Source: the human T2T-CHM13v2.0 reference genome, Homo sapiens. Taken from it: DNA of 64,000 nt. The stretch lies in assembly GCF_009914755.1 (NCBI RefSeq), contig NC_060931.1; one strand, written 5' to 3'. This document shows positions 48,506-64,000 of this stretch, in pieces (positions within the stretch are counted from its first letter, which is position 1; each line of letters opens with the position of its first letter). Below the pieces are notes generated by a model, which saw only the letters and a program-made list of their open reading frames with translations, did no database searches and was not told the DNA's origin. The position numbers and the translations under genes are program-made.

Positions 48506-49034
48506 TTTTTCAAGTTGTTTTTAACATACTGGTGAGAATGTAATGGGACTGATACTTCATAGCAATTGAAACAACAGTTCAGAGAAAGTAATTTGGCCAT
48601 TCTGCATCACAAGTCTGAAAAAAATAGTTCTGGCCCTTTGACCCTGTAACTCTATTTTTTTTTTCAGTCTGTCCTGAGATGTAGCCAAAGATTTGTGTAT
48701 CAAGAAAAGGCACTGCGTTGTATTTTTAATGAACAACAACAACAAAAAAGATAAAAACAAGAAAAAAAAACAGTTAAAAATACAGAAATCAATAAGCAAA
48801 GTGCATTCATATCAGAGTATGTTGTGGATCAAAGACGCTCACTAAAATTTTAATGACATCCAAACATCTTTATAATGTACCACTAACTCTAATACGTGTT
48901 TCAACTGAGAAAAACGAACACACTTCTCTCCTAAAATTCTATTACAATCATGATATAGGGAACAAAATAGAATAAGTGCATAAACACAGATGCATGTATT
49001 TAAGTATAAACTGTATTTGTCTAATTATATTTAT

Positions 49035-49335
49035 AGCCAGTCACGGTGGCTAATGCCTGTAATCCCAGCACTTTGGGAGGCCAAGAGGGGGCAGATCACT
49101 TGAGGTCAGGAGTTCGAGACCAGCCTGGCCAACATGGCGAAACCCCGTCTCTACCAAAAATACAAAAATTAGCTGGGCATGGTGGCACGTGCCTGTAATC
49201 CCAGCTACTCTGGAGGCTGAGGCAGGAGAATCGTTTGAACCCCCGAGGTTGGAGGTTGCAGTGAGCTGAGATCATGCCACCACACTCCAGCCTGGGTGAC
49301 AGAGTGAGACTCTGTCTCAAATAAATAAATAAAAA
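49035..49335 (+). mobile_element. AluS
   Basis: Full Alu. Confidence 0.9.
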
Positions 49336-49650
49336 TGTAAATAAGCACAGAATATCAGGGAAAGACCATCATTGGCCCAAAAACTTTGGCAGATCCCTGG
49401 AGGGCAGGATGAATTCATCCATCTTTACAGACGTAATTGGGCAGACAGAAGCCAGGCTGAAAGCATGCAAACTGGAAAGAAAGTGGAGGAGGGAGAAGCG
49501 CTGAGAGCACACAGAGTATAGTCCCAGTCAGCAGTTGCTAAGATCTGGACTGGAGACAGGGTGGACAGGGGGTGACTGATTTAAGTCCTTCACTTAGATC
49601 AGCTTGCTGGGTTTCCCACCCCTAGAAAAAGATCCTCTTAAAAGCAAGCA

Positions 49651-50027
<377 letters not shown>

Positions 50028-50831
50028 TTACATGGGGCATCCTGTTCACCCCTTCCCAGTCTTGAACCCTACAATGAAGCCTACTGGTCAACATGCCCCA
50101 CTGCTATAAAAGAGTTTGCAGCCATTGGTCTCATTCAGAGAGAAAGGCTGCTACTAAAACCTGCCTCTTATCACAGCCCATCACATTCAGAAACGCCAGG
50201 AATGGCAATGACCAAACAAGGATTGCCAGACACTTCAAGAAAACCAGTGTCACCGACAAGCAGGACAGAAAAGGTGACCCCAGACACAGCAAGGATGATC
50301 CTGGAAAAAAGAAGAGACCTTGGAAGAATTTTAATGTAATGCTTCAGGGAGAGCTGAGAGGCTGCTAAAAAAAAAACAGTCTGAGATGAGGAATTGAAGA
50401 AAGTTTAAAGAACTGATGAAATAGGAGAGAAAATTCAAATTGTATACACAGTGAATTACTGCAGATGCGTTTCAGAACAAGAGAACAGAGACCACGGAGA
50501 GGAAATAATACAAGAGAAATTCCCAGAGCGGATGAGATGAAGCTTGAGACTGAAAATGCCTGTCAGCTGCTATATGGGATAAATGAAAAGACCCACAAAG
50601 AGCCAAACCTCATAAAATTTCAGAACATCAGAATTAAAGAAAGCACCTAAAGCCCTAGAGGAAGGAACGGACAACGTTTTAATGAATGGCGATCATGCTG
50701 ACATTAAACTGCACATCAGCATCATCAGACACGAGATAACAGTGGAGCAAGTGGTCTGGACATCACAGGAAAAACTAATTTACACCCAGTCAAAATCCAA
50801 TCAAGACAGAGGCTTAGAAAGTTTACAATTT

Positions 50832-51420
<589 letters not shown>

Positions 51421-51636
51421 AAAAGGAATTTTACAATTCATAGACATCATCTAAAAAGAAATCACTCAGTGAATTATTTCAGCAACATGCAAAAGGAGTC
51501 CAAGAAATGAGAGAAAATGAGATCTAATTCATGAGATGGATTCTAACAATGAGGTGAGAGCCCAGAAGACCACAGTGGGGGCAGGTGTTGTAAATCAGTG
51601 CCAAGGAGGACAGGAAGAAGTGAACTTCCAGCATCA

Positions 51637-51928
<292 letters not shown>

Positions 51929-52055
51929 TTAGTGAGAAGGAGAATCCAGCATCAATATTAAATATCAAATAAATACAATGAGAGTGGGCTCGCCCTCCCT
52001 CCTTCACTCTCTTTTCCAATTTATTTATCCTTTCCTCCTATAAATGTTACAGCAC

Positions 52056-52217
52056 TAGGTGGGGTGTGCTGGCTCACATCTGTAAACCCAACACTTTGGG
52101 AGGCCGAGGCAGGAGGATCCCTTGAGCCCAGGAGATCAAGGCTTAGTGAGCTCTGATCATGCCACTGTACTCTCATCTGGGTGACAGAGCAAGACTCTGT
52201 CTCGAGAAAATAAAAAG
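52056..52217 (+). mobile_element. Alu monomer (FAM/FRAM-like)
   Basis: Single arm. Confidence 0.75.
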
Positions 52218-52674
52218 TAAATGTTATGGGATTGCTTGTATCATATTTGTTTCTGCAGTGAGTAATTATTTACATAATCATAGTAATCATATTCACAAAA
52301 TCTTTGGTTTTGAATTTGAAATAGGAGAATCATGGAAATTTCAGATAGAGAACAAATGTAAATGCCTGCCACTCTAAGAGTCAGTAATACAGAAGACAAG
52401 CTGCAAAAAAGAAGAAAGAAATGAAGAGGTGCTAAGCCCTCCCCCGAAACCACCGTCTTTCAGACTGGGAGGTCCAAAGGTATGGTTTCAAGTTAATAAA
52501 GAAAGACTTAAGTTTATAAGCTAAAGCAATAAAGCTATTCAATTCAGATTGGAAAAATAAAAATGTGACTGGCAGAGACTGGGATGGGAAAGGGGAAAGA
52601 CTCCACGTTCTTCCTGTCTTTCAAAGGAGAGGATGGAGAGATCCCATTTCAAGTGGATGCTCAAAACCACATAA

Positions 52675-52835
52675 GGTTGGGCACAGTGGCTCATGCCTGT
52701 AATCCCAGCACTTTGGGAGGCCAAGGTGTTCGGGGGCCAGGAAGGGGGGATTGCCTGAGCCCAGGAGTTCCAGGCCAGCCTGGGCAACAACAGGAAGGCC
52801 CCATCTCTACAAAATTAAAATGAATTTTAAAAAAA
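52675..52835 (+). mobile_element. Alu left monomer
   Basis: Single arm. Confidence 0.75.
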
Positions 52836-54330
52836 ATCAAGTAAGCACTTTACTTGGAGTGATTTCATCCACCAGAATCACTGAGATGAAAAATGGCTTA
52901 CAATGCTTGCCTCTGACATGGGGGGGGTATAGCTGCCTGCGTCTCTTTTACGTCTATCTACTTATATTTTGTTTTTTTATTATCCTATTCTTATATTACT
53001 TTCATTAGGTCAGGCCATAAAATCCTATGTAGGGCATAATCACAACTATATAAATATAATTACCTGGCCTACCTAGCCACATACATATATATTTATAGAG
53101 ATATATAAAGTTCTTCAAAGGATATAAACCAAAATGTAAATACTAGTTATTGCTGAGTGATGAACTTACTGTTGTTGTATATTTAGTTGTTTAACCTCTC
53201 CACACTTAGTGCCATGGGTCTATTTCATTTTTACAGCTAGAGAGAAATTAAAATGATTTTACAAATGAAAGAGCCTGGCTGGAATTTCCTCCACGTGGGA
53301 GTAAGGCCCCAGGAAGCCCTCAGACAGGACCAAGGCTGTCTGATGGCCACGGCTACAGTGACCTGCAGCCTCGCATGTGACCTGCTGTCTGCAGCCCAGG
53401 CCTCCAAAGAGAGCCTGGGTTGGAACCCTTTAAGGGCCTGTGTTAACAGCTGGCTGTGTCAGCCAGGACAGACATGTGCCTCCCATCCCAATTTTGATTT
53501 TGATTGGGACTGGCCCCCAGAGAACTGCGGAGGATTGCAAACCTTCAGGTAATTAGATGAACGCTCCTGCTGGAAGAAATCCTGCACCAGCTTCACAAGG
53601 ATGCCGGCGCTGGCCTGCCGACAGGAATGCTTTTGGCAGATGATTTTGAGTTGTTCTTTCTGAAAGTAATTACACAAAAAGTTCCACTGCTTGTTAAGGC
53701 TCCTTCTTAAGGCTGTTTTGATCTCTTTTAATTAATAAGTTGAATATGGAAGGATTTAATTGTGATGAATTTCTATGTAACTTCCTTCAAGATCCCCACG
53801 TAAAGTGGTCCTGCTAAGTCCACCATACACTTCTAGCTGCTCAGACACCTGTATCAAACCGAGAGCCTTAGATAGCTTTCTGCAAAGTTTGAGAGAATCC
53901 TGCTGGCTGAGGCCTCTCCCAAGACAGTGAGAGGTCAGGGATTATTTGATCTACGGGAAATAACTGCACACTGTACCCAACATTGATTGTTGAGAGTTCT
54001 CTAGAACAGCACTTTTAAGACTTTAGTAGCTTAGTTTGCTCAGGTTATCGTAACAAAAGACTACAGACCGGGTGGCTTAAACAACAGAAATTAATTTTCT
54101 TATAGCCTGAAGGCTGGATGTCTAAGATCAAGAGGTCAACATGGTCAGGTTCTGATGAGGACTCTCTTCCTGGCTTACAAATGGCCACCTTCTTGCTCTG
54201 TCCTCACATGGTGGGGGAGAGACAGAAAGAGGGAGAGAGGGCAAGCTCTCTGGTATCTCTACTTATAAGGGCACTAAATTCCATTATGAGGGACCCACCC
54301 TCAAGACATCATCTAAAGTTAATTACCTCC

Positions 54331-55256
54331 TGAAGACTAAAGTTACCTTGCCCAAATTCCTATCTAAGGGGTCTAGGGAGTCATGCCCTACAAACCATAA
54401 ACACTCATCAGATGGGTTTTATCTAACCTTGTATATCATGACTTACTTTCCAAACTGACACTGGTATAACATGACAAGACAAGGAAGAAAATCAAAAAAT
54501 TTTACCCCAAAACATGTTTCTTTGCCATATTTTGAAATGGTCCTGCAAAGCTGTCCTTTGTGGGGGAAAATGTACATCTGTAAAGAATCTCTATTCACAT
54601 AGCTAGATCTTTTTCTTCCAGGCCCTCCCAATCCTGAAGAGATTAAGTAAGAGTCTAGCAATTTTTTAAAGGTCTGAATAGAAAACATTTGTCATCTATC
54701 TATCTGTCTCTAACGGCAGCCACTATAAGCCTTCAGAAGAAGGTCTCCACAGTCTTTTATCTTAACCTAAACATTTCCTTTCTATGGAACCCAGGTCTTT
54801 AGACAAACTCAACCAATTGTCAATCAGAAGATGTTTAAATTTATGGTGTACTTGGTTTCTCCAGTCGCCCACCTGGCCTTCCAATCTGTACTTTCCTTCT
54901 TTTCTTTTCCTACTGTTCTAAAGCTTTTAAATAAACTCTCATTCCTGCTCTAAAAAAAAAAAGAAGAAAAAAAAAGAAAAGAAAAATAAAAAAGAAAATG
55001 TTTAAATTTACCTATAGCCTAGAAGCCCCCATTTTGAGTTATCCCCTCTTTCTGGACCAAACTATTATGTTTCTTAAATGTATTTGATTGATGTCTCATC
55101 CCTCCCTAATATGTATAAAACTAAGCTGTGCCCTGACCACCGTGGGCACCTGGTTCTCAGGACCTCTTGAGGGCTTTGTCTCGGGCCATGGTCACTCCTA
55201 TTTGGCTCAGAATAAATCTTTTCAGGTATTTTACAGAGTCTGACTCTTCGTTGACA
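54331..55256 (+). mobile_element. ERV1 MER4-type solo LTR
   Basis: TG...CA ends; ttttaccccaaaacatgtttctttgccatattttgaaatgg; perfect 4-bp TSD ctcc. Confidence 0.87.
54844..54992 (+). mobile_element. Retroposed polyadenylated LTR-like 3' end
   Basis: AATAAA at 54930-54935, A-tail from 54952, 18-bp TSD agaa(g/a)atgtttaaattta. Confidence 0.82.
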
Positions 55257-56183
55257 CTCCCAAAACCCCATCTCCAGATAGCATCACACGGAAGAGAGGA
55301 AGAGCCTCAACATGTGAATTTGGGGTTGGGGGACACAGTTCAGTCCACAGCACTAACTAGGTCGACAGCAAATATGATTGAAGACAGACAAAGTCAGGCA
55401 GGGGCCCTAGCCAGACTTCTGTTTTTGGTTTTTGCTTTTTGTAATTTTTTTTAAACTCAAATTAGCCCTATCTCAGCAGAAGAGGCTTTTAAGAGATTCA
55501 AGCAGAAAGGTACAGGACCTCTGGAGATTGGCTTCATTTTGGCCAATTAACATAAAATGAATAGTATGTAAATTAGATTCATTCAATCCATCATTCAGAT
55601 GGAAAGCCATTTGAAACTTACATGTTATTTTTGAGTTGACAGCATGAGAATGTTTGGAAATAAGACTACAGCACAGAGGACAAAGATTGCATTATTTTTT
55701 CCTGAGGTTTCTTCTCATTCTGCCATAAAACTGAGGGCACACCCTACGAAGGCTGAAGCCCGTCTGGCCGCAAGAGAGGTCAGTTCATTCACTCGGTCGC
55801 TCGTGCAGTGCAGTGGGCATTTAACGCATCTAATGGGCTGTGATCCTCGGATGGTATCAGAGCAGAAGTCACAGCCTGTGGCCTCGCAAAGCTTGCAGAA
55901 TAGCTATGATATGATATTATCTGGGCAATGCGACTGCCTGAGAGCTACGCATATTCAAAGACAGCAGAGTAGGGACTAGAAGCAACCTCCTGGCTGAGCC
56001 TCTGGTGCAGGTGCCGTGGGGAGGTGACGCTGGTCACAGACTTCCCAACGCAGACACAGACACTAGTGCCCTGCAGAGAGCAGCCGGCAACAGGGATGTC
56101 ACCAGCAGGACACAAGATCATCCCAACAGCCGGGCAGAGGACAATGACTGAAAGACGGCTGTTGCCTCAGGACATCTGCTGGC

Positions 56184-57065
<882 letters not shown>

Positions 57066-57269
57066 AGTTCCTTCCCGGAACAAAACACAACCTCAAGGTC
57101 GGTGGGGGCAGAACAATAAAAACTTGGGTGAAGAACTTTCATGGAGTCATAATGATTCTAGAAGCTTCCCTGGGGATCATTCCCATCTGGCATGTATGCA
57201 AGTACCAAAGGAAAATTTTGCATGAAATTCCATGCAACTAACTCATGCAGGAAAATAGTAAACATTTTT

Positions 57270-57440
57270 AGAGGGCTCACTATGTGCTAGGCAATTCTAG
57301 GCAATGTTAAGTAATGTCTCAGTTATACCTTATCCCCATTTTATAGATGGGGAAATGGAGCACAGGCCAATTAAATAACTGGTTCAAAACTGCAGAGTTA
57401 GTAAGTGGTAGACCAGGCAGTTTAGCTCCAGAGGCAACAG
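57270..57440 (-). mobile_element. MIR
   Basis: tatccccattttatagatggggaaatggagcac core. Confidence 0.65.
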
Positions 57441-58931
57441 CTTGCACAAGCTCTATAGCCTGCCTTTTTCATTTTCTCACCTAAGCCAGGAACCTGGAGG
57501 GAGGCTCTACGGGAGGGAGACTATTCAGAACTCATCCTGAGCCAGATGGAGAAGACACAACTAAAGGCATTCATTTATCCTAGAAATCCATGCCGGTCCT
57601 GTTCATCTTTCTGAAGTCACATTCTGAGCCAGGGCCTCCACTCTTTGAAACATACACATCAGTCTGTGTGCAAATAAATCCACTGGCACCCAAGAAGGGA
57701 CTCAAAAGGGTCCCAAGGAACTCAGGAATGGACCCCTCTCTTCTGATGGAGCACATGTCCCGTGCAAGGTCCTGTGGCCTGGAAACACAGCCCTGGCAGG
57801 TGTCAAAGGTGCTACAGAAAAGAATAGGGGAGGAGGGCTCACAAGGGTTACACGGGACTCAAGGAACGGCAACATGCGTGACCAAGGGAGGGAAGCCACC
57901 TTCAAGAGCCCTTGGCGGAGGGCATGGGAGGGAAGCTGATGAATCAGAAGTGGCAAGCAGGGAAGGGCAGGGAGAGGCAAAACAAGCACAAGTGCAAGGT
58001 CCCCCGCTGTGCACTGTCGTCTCCTGTCCCACAGCCGGCCAAGAAAGACAGCGCTGGACCACTTCCCACATTCTGCTCCAAGCCAAAGAGGTCCAAAAGC
58101 CAACCTCATTTAGTCATCTCTCTACTCTCTCCTGAAACGACCTTCCTTCATCACCAGGTCCAGGGAGATTTGCTGACTTTGAATCAGAAACTTAACCTGC
58201 GCTTCCCGCTTCAAGGCTATCCAGGGCCAGGGGCAAGCCTGGACAAACTCCGATGCCCTCCAAGGGGCCCTGCCAGCATTCTCTTCCCTGAGCACTGCAC
58301 CCTGTTCACATCGGTCCGCCAGCATCCCCCAGGGATGCCCCCACACTGCCCTCCATGTCTTCATTCTCTGACTACTCATGGCTACTAGCTGACTGTTATA
58401 ACGTCCTGATCAAGGACTTGCTCAGGAAGGAGGAGTTCTGCAACCCTTAAGTCTCTAGATATACAAAGAGAGGCAGCCTAGTAGATTGGTCTGGTTTTCA
58501 AGCCAAAAAGCCCCCTGACCTAGTCCTGGCTCTGAAAAACCCTAGACAGCACAATGCTACTCCATCTTAGTTTTGCCATGGATCAAATGGGAGTTGTAAG
58601 GTATCTACCTCATTGAGCCATTGTGAGGGTTAATTGATATGATCCAGAAGATACTTATCACAGAGGCTGATATGTGGTCAGAAGATAATGCATCCAGCTC
58701 TTGGCATTCGAGATACTACCTAATAACAATGGCAATGGCCTAGATGCAGCAGTGCTAATATCAGTAGACAAGGAACAGAGGGCAGAACAAAAGGAATCTT
58801 GGCTTCTGTGGTTATAATATTGACATCACCCTAGTGCCATTTAGATAATACCTTGGGTAGTGCCAGCTCTCAGCCATGTGCTGGCATGGTGTGGCGGTGG
58901 ACACTTGATGCATCTGGTGACATCTACATCA

Positions 58932-60140
<1,209 letters not shown>

Positions 60141-60440
60141 TAAGGTGATCTGTGAAGGGTTTGAATGCCACAACAAGGCTCAGACTTTGAAGAAAAATAG
60201 GAATGATCCAAAGAAACATGAAAGATCCAAGAAATGAGCATAGGAGAGTGATGGGAAAGAAGGAAGAGGAAAACAACAGTGGCTTCCAAGACCCAGTGGC
60301 AGAAGCAACCTGCCACAGGCGCCACTTCCAGCTGAGTAAGATCCATGTCCCCAAAGGATACTGTTGACATTTCTGGACATTGCTAAAAGCCACCTGCCCT
60401 AGACTACAAGAAGCATTCTGGTTTCAACAAGTCACTCCCA

Positions 60441-60735
60441 GGCTGGGCGCAGTGGCTCACACCTGTAATCCCAGCACTTTGAGAGGCTGAGGCCAGAGTA
60501 TCACTTGATGTCAGGAGTTCGAGACCAGCCTAGCCAACATGGTGAAACCCTGTCTCTACTAAAAATACAAGAATTAGCAGGGTGTGGTGGTGCATATCTG
60601 TAATCCCAGCTACTCGGGAGGCTGAGGCAGGAGAATCACTTGAACCCAGCAGGCAGAGGTTGCAGTGAGCCATTGCAATCCAGCCTAGACAACAGAGTGA
60701 GACTTCATCTCAGAAAAAAAAAAAAAAAAAAAAAA
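60441..60735 (+). mobile_element. AluS
   Basis: TSD aagtcact(c/t)cc. Confidence 0.9.
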
Positions 60736-61057
60736 GTAAGTCACTTCCCTATAATATTTTGGATTTTGTTGTTCACCCCATGTTATACCTATAAGCCATG
60801 TGCCCCAGGACAGACAGCGCTGGGCCACTTTGCAGTTGAGGGGGCAGAAAATTGGGTTGCAGGTGAGCCATGTATACCTAGAGATCCTCGTGCTAGGAGA
60901 TATTTTTTCTTTTGCAAATTCAAAATGTAACTTTGGAAAAGATGCCTCAGGTTCAGAAAATTCAGAAAGGACAAGTAAGTCAAAGAAAGAAGGACAATGG
61001 CATCATTGAAAAGGAAAACAAACAGTTATGACAAGTTGAAAGATTTGGGACAACTAG

Positions 61058-61534
<477 letters not shown>

Positions 61535-61726
61535 TAGAGGTCAACCCAGATGAGTATGGTAATTCGGTACATAACAAAAACGACATTTCTAAATCAGTGA
61601 ATGGATTATTTAGTAAGCATTATTGGGAAAATCGAAAAAACATTTGGAAAAAAATAACAATAAAGTTACATCCCTATATCCTACCATAGCCAAATTAATA
61701 CTAGTTGTATTAAGAAAAAAAAAATT

Positions 61727-62018
61727 CTTTGAGACAGAGTATCACTGTGTCACCCAGGCTGAATTGGAGTGATACAATCTCAGCTCACCGCAACCTATGG
61801 CTCCAGGGCTCAAGCGACAGCTCCCAACTCAGCCTCCAGAGTAGCTGGGACTATCGGTGCGTACCACCATGCCTGGCTCATTGTTTTGTACTTTTTGTAG
61901 AGATGGGGTCTCACTGTGTTGCCCAGGCTGGTGGTCTCAAACTCCTGGCTCAAGCAATCCTCCCACCTTGGCCTCCTAAAGTGCTGGGATTACAGGCATG
62001 AGGCACCGTGCCCAGCCT
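61727..62018 (-). mobile_element. AluJ
   Basis: Diverged Alu. Confidence 0.85.
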
Positions 62019-62655
62019 GGATTAAAAAATTTGATGGGACTATATATGAGACTTCTGGCTAATAATTGGCAAACTGAACTCATTTTCCCCTCTCTTTACC
62101 TAAACACTGCTAAAATAAGAACAAAGAACAGAGAGGCAAGGGAGATACTCCCCTGTAAACTACAAGGAAACAGAGGAAGGGAAGGGAGAGATTTCAAAGG
62201 AGATGTGGAAGGCACAAAGAAGAGGGAATGGTAACCACAGGGTGGACAAATTCTGTGCCTATTGTGGGTCTACACCACAAATGAGCCAGACAACAGGGCA
62301 GACAGACAGAGCCCCGTCCCTCACCCATGGAGTCAGCACATTGCCCCTATGCCTGTGTTCCTGGAAGCCTGCAGGCCAGCCTTGGCAGCAATGAATAAGA
62401 GGACACACCAGGCCCAGCACAGGGCTGGAGTGAGGTGTCGGTCGACTGAGGGCAAGGAGGGGGAGCCAGTCTATGCACAGAATCAAGGGGCCCTCTGCCA
62501 CCATCCCCCTCCCTGACGGCAGAATTCCAGCAGCTGAGCCTACGCCTGATTCCTGCTTTCCAGCACTTTCCCAGGGCAGCAAGGGACAGCCACTTTGTGT
62601 AAAAAGCCATTTAATACTATTTGATTTCTAAGCTATGTGCAATACACTATGTTAA

Positions 62656-62728
62656 CATATATATATACATATATATACATATACATATATATACACATAT
62701 ATACACATATATATACACACATACATAG
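62656..62728. repeat. (TA)n/(CA)n compound repeat
   Basis: Direct read. Confidence 0.9.
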
Positions 62729-62729
62729 A

Positions 62730-63012
62730 TTTTTTTTTTTTGAGAGAGTCTCATTCTGTCACCCAGGCTGTAGTGCAGTGGCACAATTTTGGCTCACTGC
62801 AATCTCTGCCTCCCGAGTTCAAGTGATACTCCTACCTCAGCCTCCCGAGTAGCTGGAATACAAGTGCCCACCACCACACCTGGCTAATTTTTGTATTAGT
62901 AGAGACAGGGTTTCACCATATTGGCCAGGCTCAAACTCCTGACCTCCAGTGATCTGCCCGCCTTGTCTGCCCAAAGTGCTGGGATTACAGGCGTGAGCCA
63001 CCGTGCCCGGCC
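62730..63012 (-). mobile_element. AluS
   Basis: Full Alu. Confidence 0.88.
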
Positions 63013-63163
63013 ATATTTTTTAATTTTTAAAAGAACGCAGAGGTAAGTATTTGTGTAATCTCAGGGATGGGGAGGAATTTTCTAAACATGATTCCAAAAC
63101 TTAAATATTTAAAAAGAAATAATAAAACATTTTGTTAAAAAAAAAAAAACAAAAAAAACTATA

Positions 63164-63450
63164 GGCTGGGCACAGTGGCTCACACCTGTAAACCCAGCAC
63201 TTTGGGAGGCCAAGGCTAGAGGATCACTTGAGGCCAGAGTTCAAGACCAGCCTCAGCACACAGTGAGACCCATCTCTACAAAAAAAAAAAAAAAATTAAT
63301 TAGCTGGACATGACGGCACACACCTGTGGTCCCAGCTACTTGGCAGGCTGAGGCAGGAGGATCACTTAAGCTAGGGGTTCAAGGTGGCAGTGAGCTATGA
63401 TCGCACCACTGCACCCCAGCCTAGGTGACAGAGTGAGACCCTGTAACTAT
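63164..63450 (+). mobile_element. AluJ
   Basis: Full Alu. Confidence 0.87.
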
Positions 63451-63765
63451 AAAAATAATTTTTAATAATAAACACAAAGTTAAAAAGTAATACTAAAGAA
63501 ATAAAGGGATAAAGAGCAAACATAGAAAATTTTGCAACATGTAATAAAGGCTACTATTCTTTCCACTACAATTCTTTAAAAAACATTTTTTAAAAAACCG
63601 TGACCAATGAACAGACATAAAACATCAATGTGCAATTCACAAAAGGAAAAATCAAGCAGCCAATAAGTATATGAAAACAAAACGTATGTGCTCACTTATA
63701 ATCTCAGAAATCCAAGCTAAAACACCAACACAAAACCACTTTAGCTGTCAAATTTTGAAAAACAG

Positions 63766-64000
<235 letters not shown>

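Larger units (their letters stand above)
54025..55352 (-). mobile_element. MLT1A-like LTR, split by a MER4-type LTR
   Basis: gggtggcttaaacaacagaaatt...aattacctcc | ctcccaaaaccccatctcc...gacacagttcagtccacagca. Confidence 0.82.

Noticed and set aside
57590-58388. Overlapping 135-181 aa ORFs in GC-richer unique DNA
   Set aside because: No recognisable domain or splice structure, and ORFs on both strands are expected from base composition.

Overview
Primate (human-like) genomic DNA. It is Alu-rich (about 55 Alus, roughly a quarter of the window) and almost entirely intronic. The one confident gene feature is a 125-nt minus-strand coding exon of CALN1 (calneuron-1/CaBP8) at 27000-27124, encoding (W)EKMPFHHVTAGLLYKGNYLNRSLSAGSDSEQLANISVEELD(E), so the rest is the two flanking CALN1 introns. 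These are filled with Alu, L1, L2/MIR, MaLR and ERV LTRs, and DNA-transposon relics (hAT/Charlie, MER63, Tigger2, MADE1). I see no new multi-gene system. The structures most worth follow-up are: (1) a cluster of templated inverted and direct copies at 39.99-41.18 kb with twin-priming-like topology and a 36-bp hairpin; (2) an internal young L1 ORF2 fragment with no 3' end or poly(A) but a 12-bp TSD; (3) a retroposed, polyadenylated LTR-like 3' end nested in a MER4-type LTR, itself nested in an MLT1; (4) a candidate CALN1 alternative exon (34201-34282) whose ATG is in frame with the known exon; (5) a ~100-bp non-Alu inverted repeat; and (6) many short local duplications. Repeat subfamily names come from recalled consensus sequences, not a search, and repeat boundaries are approximate unless a TSD is quoted.
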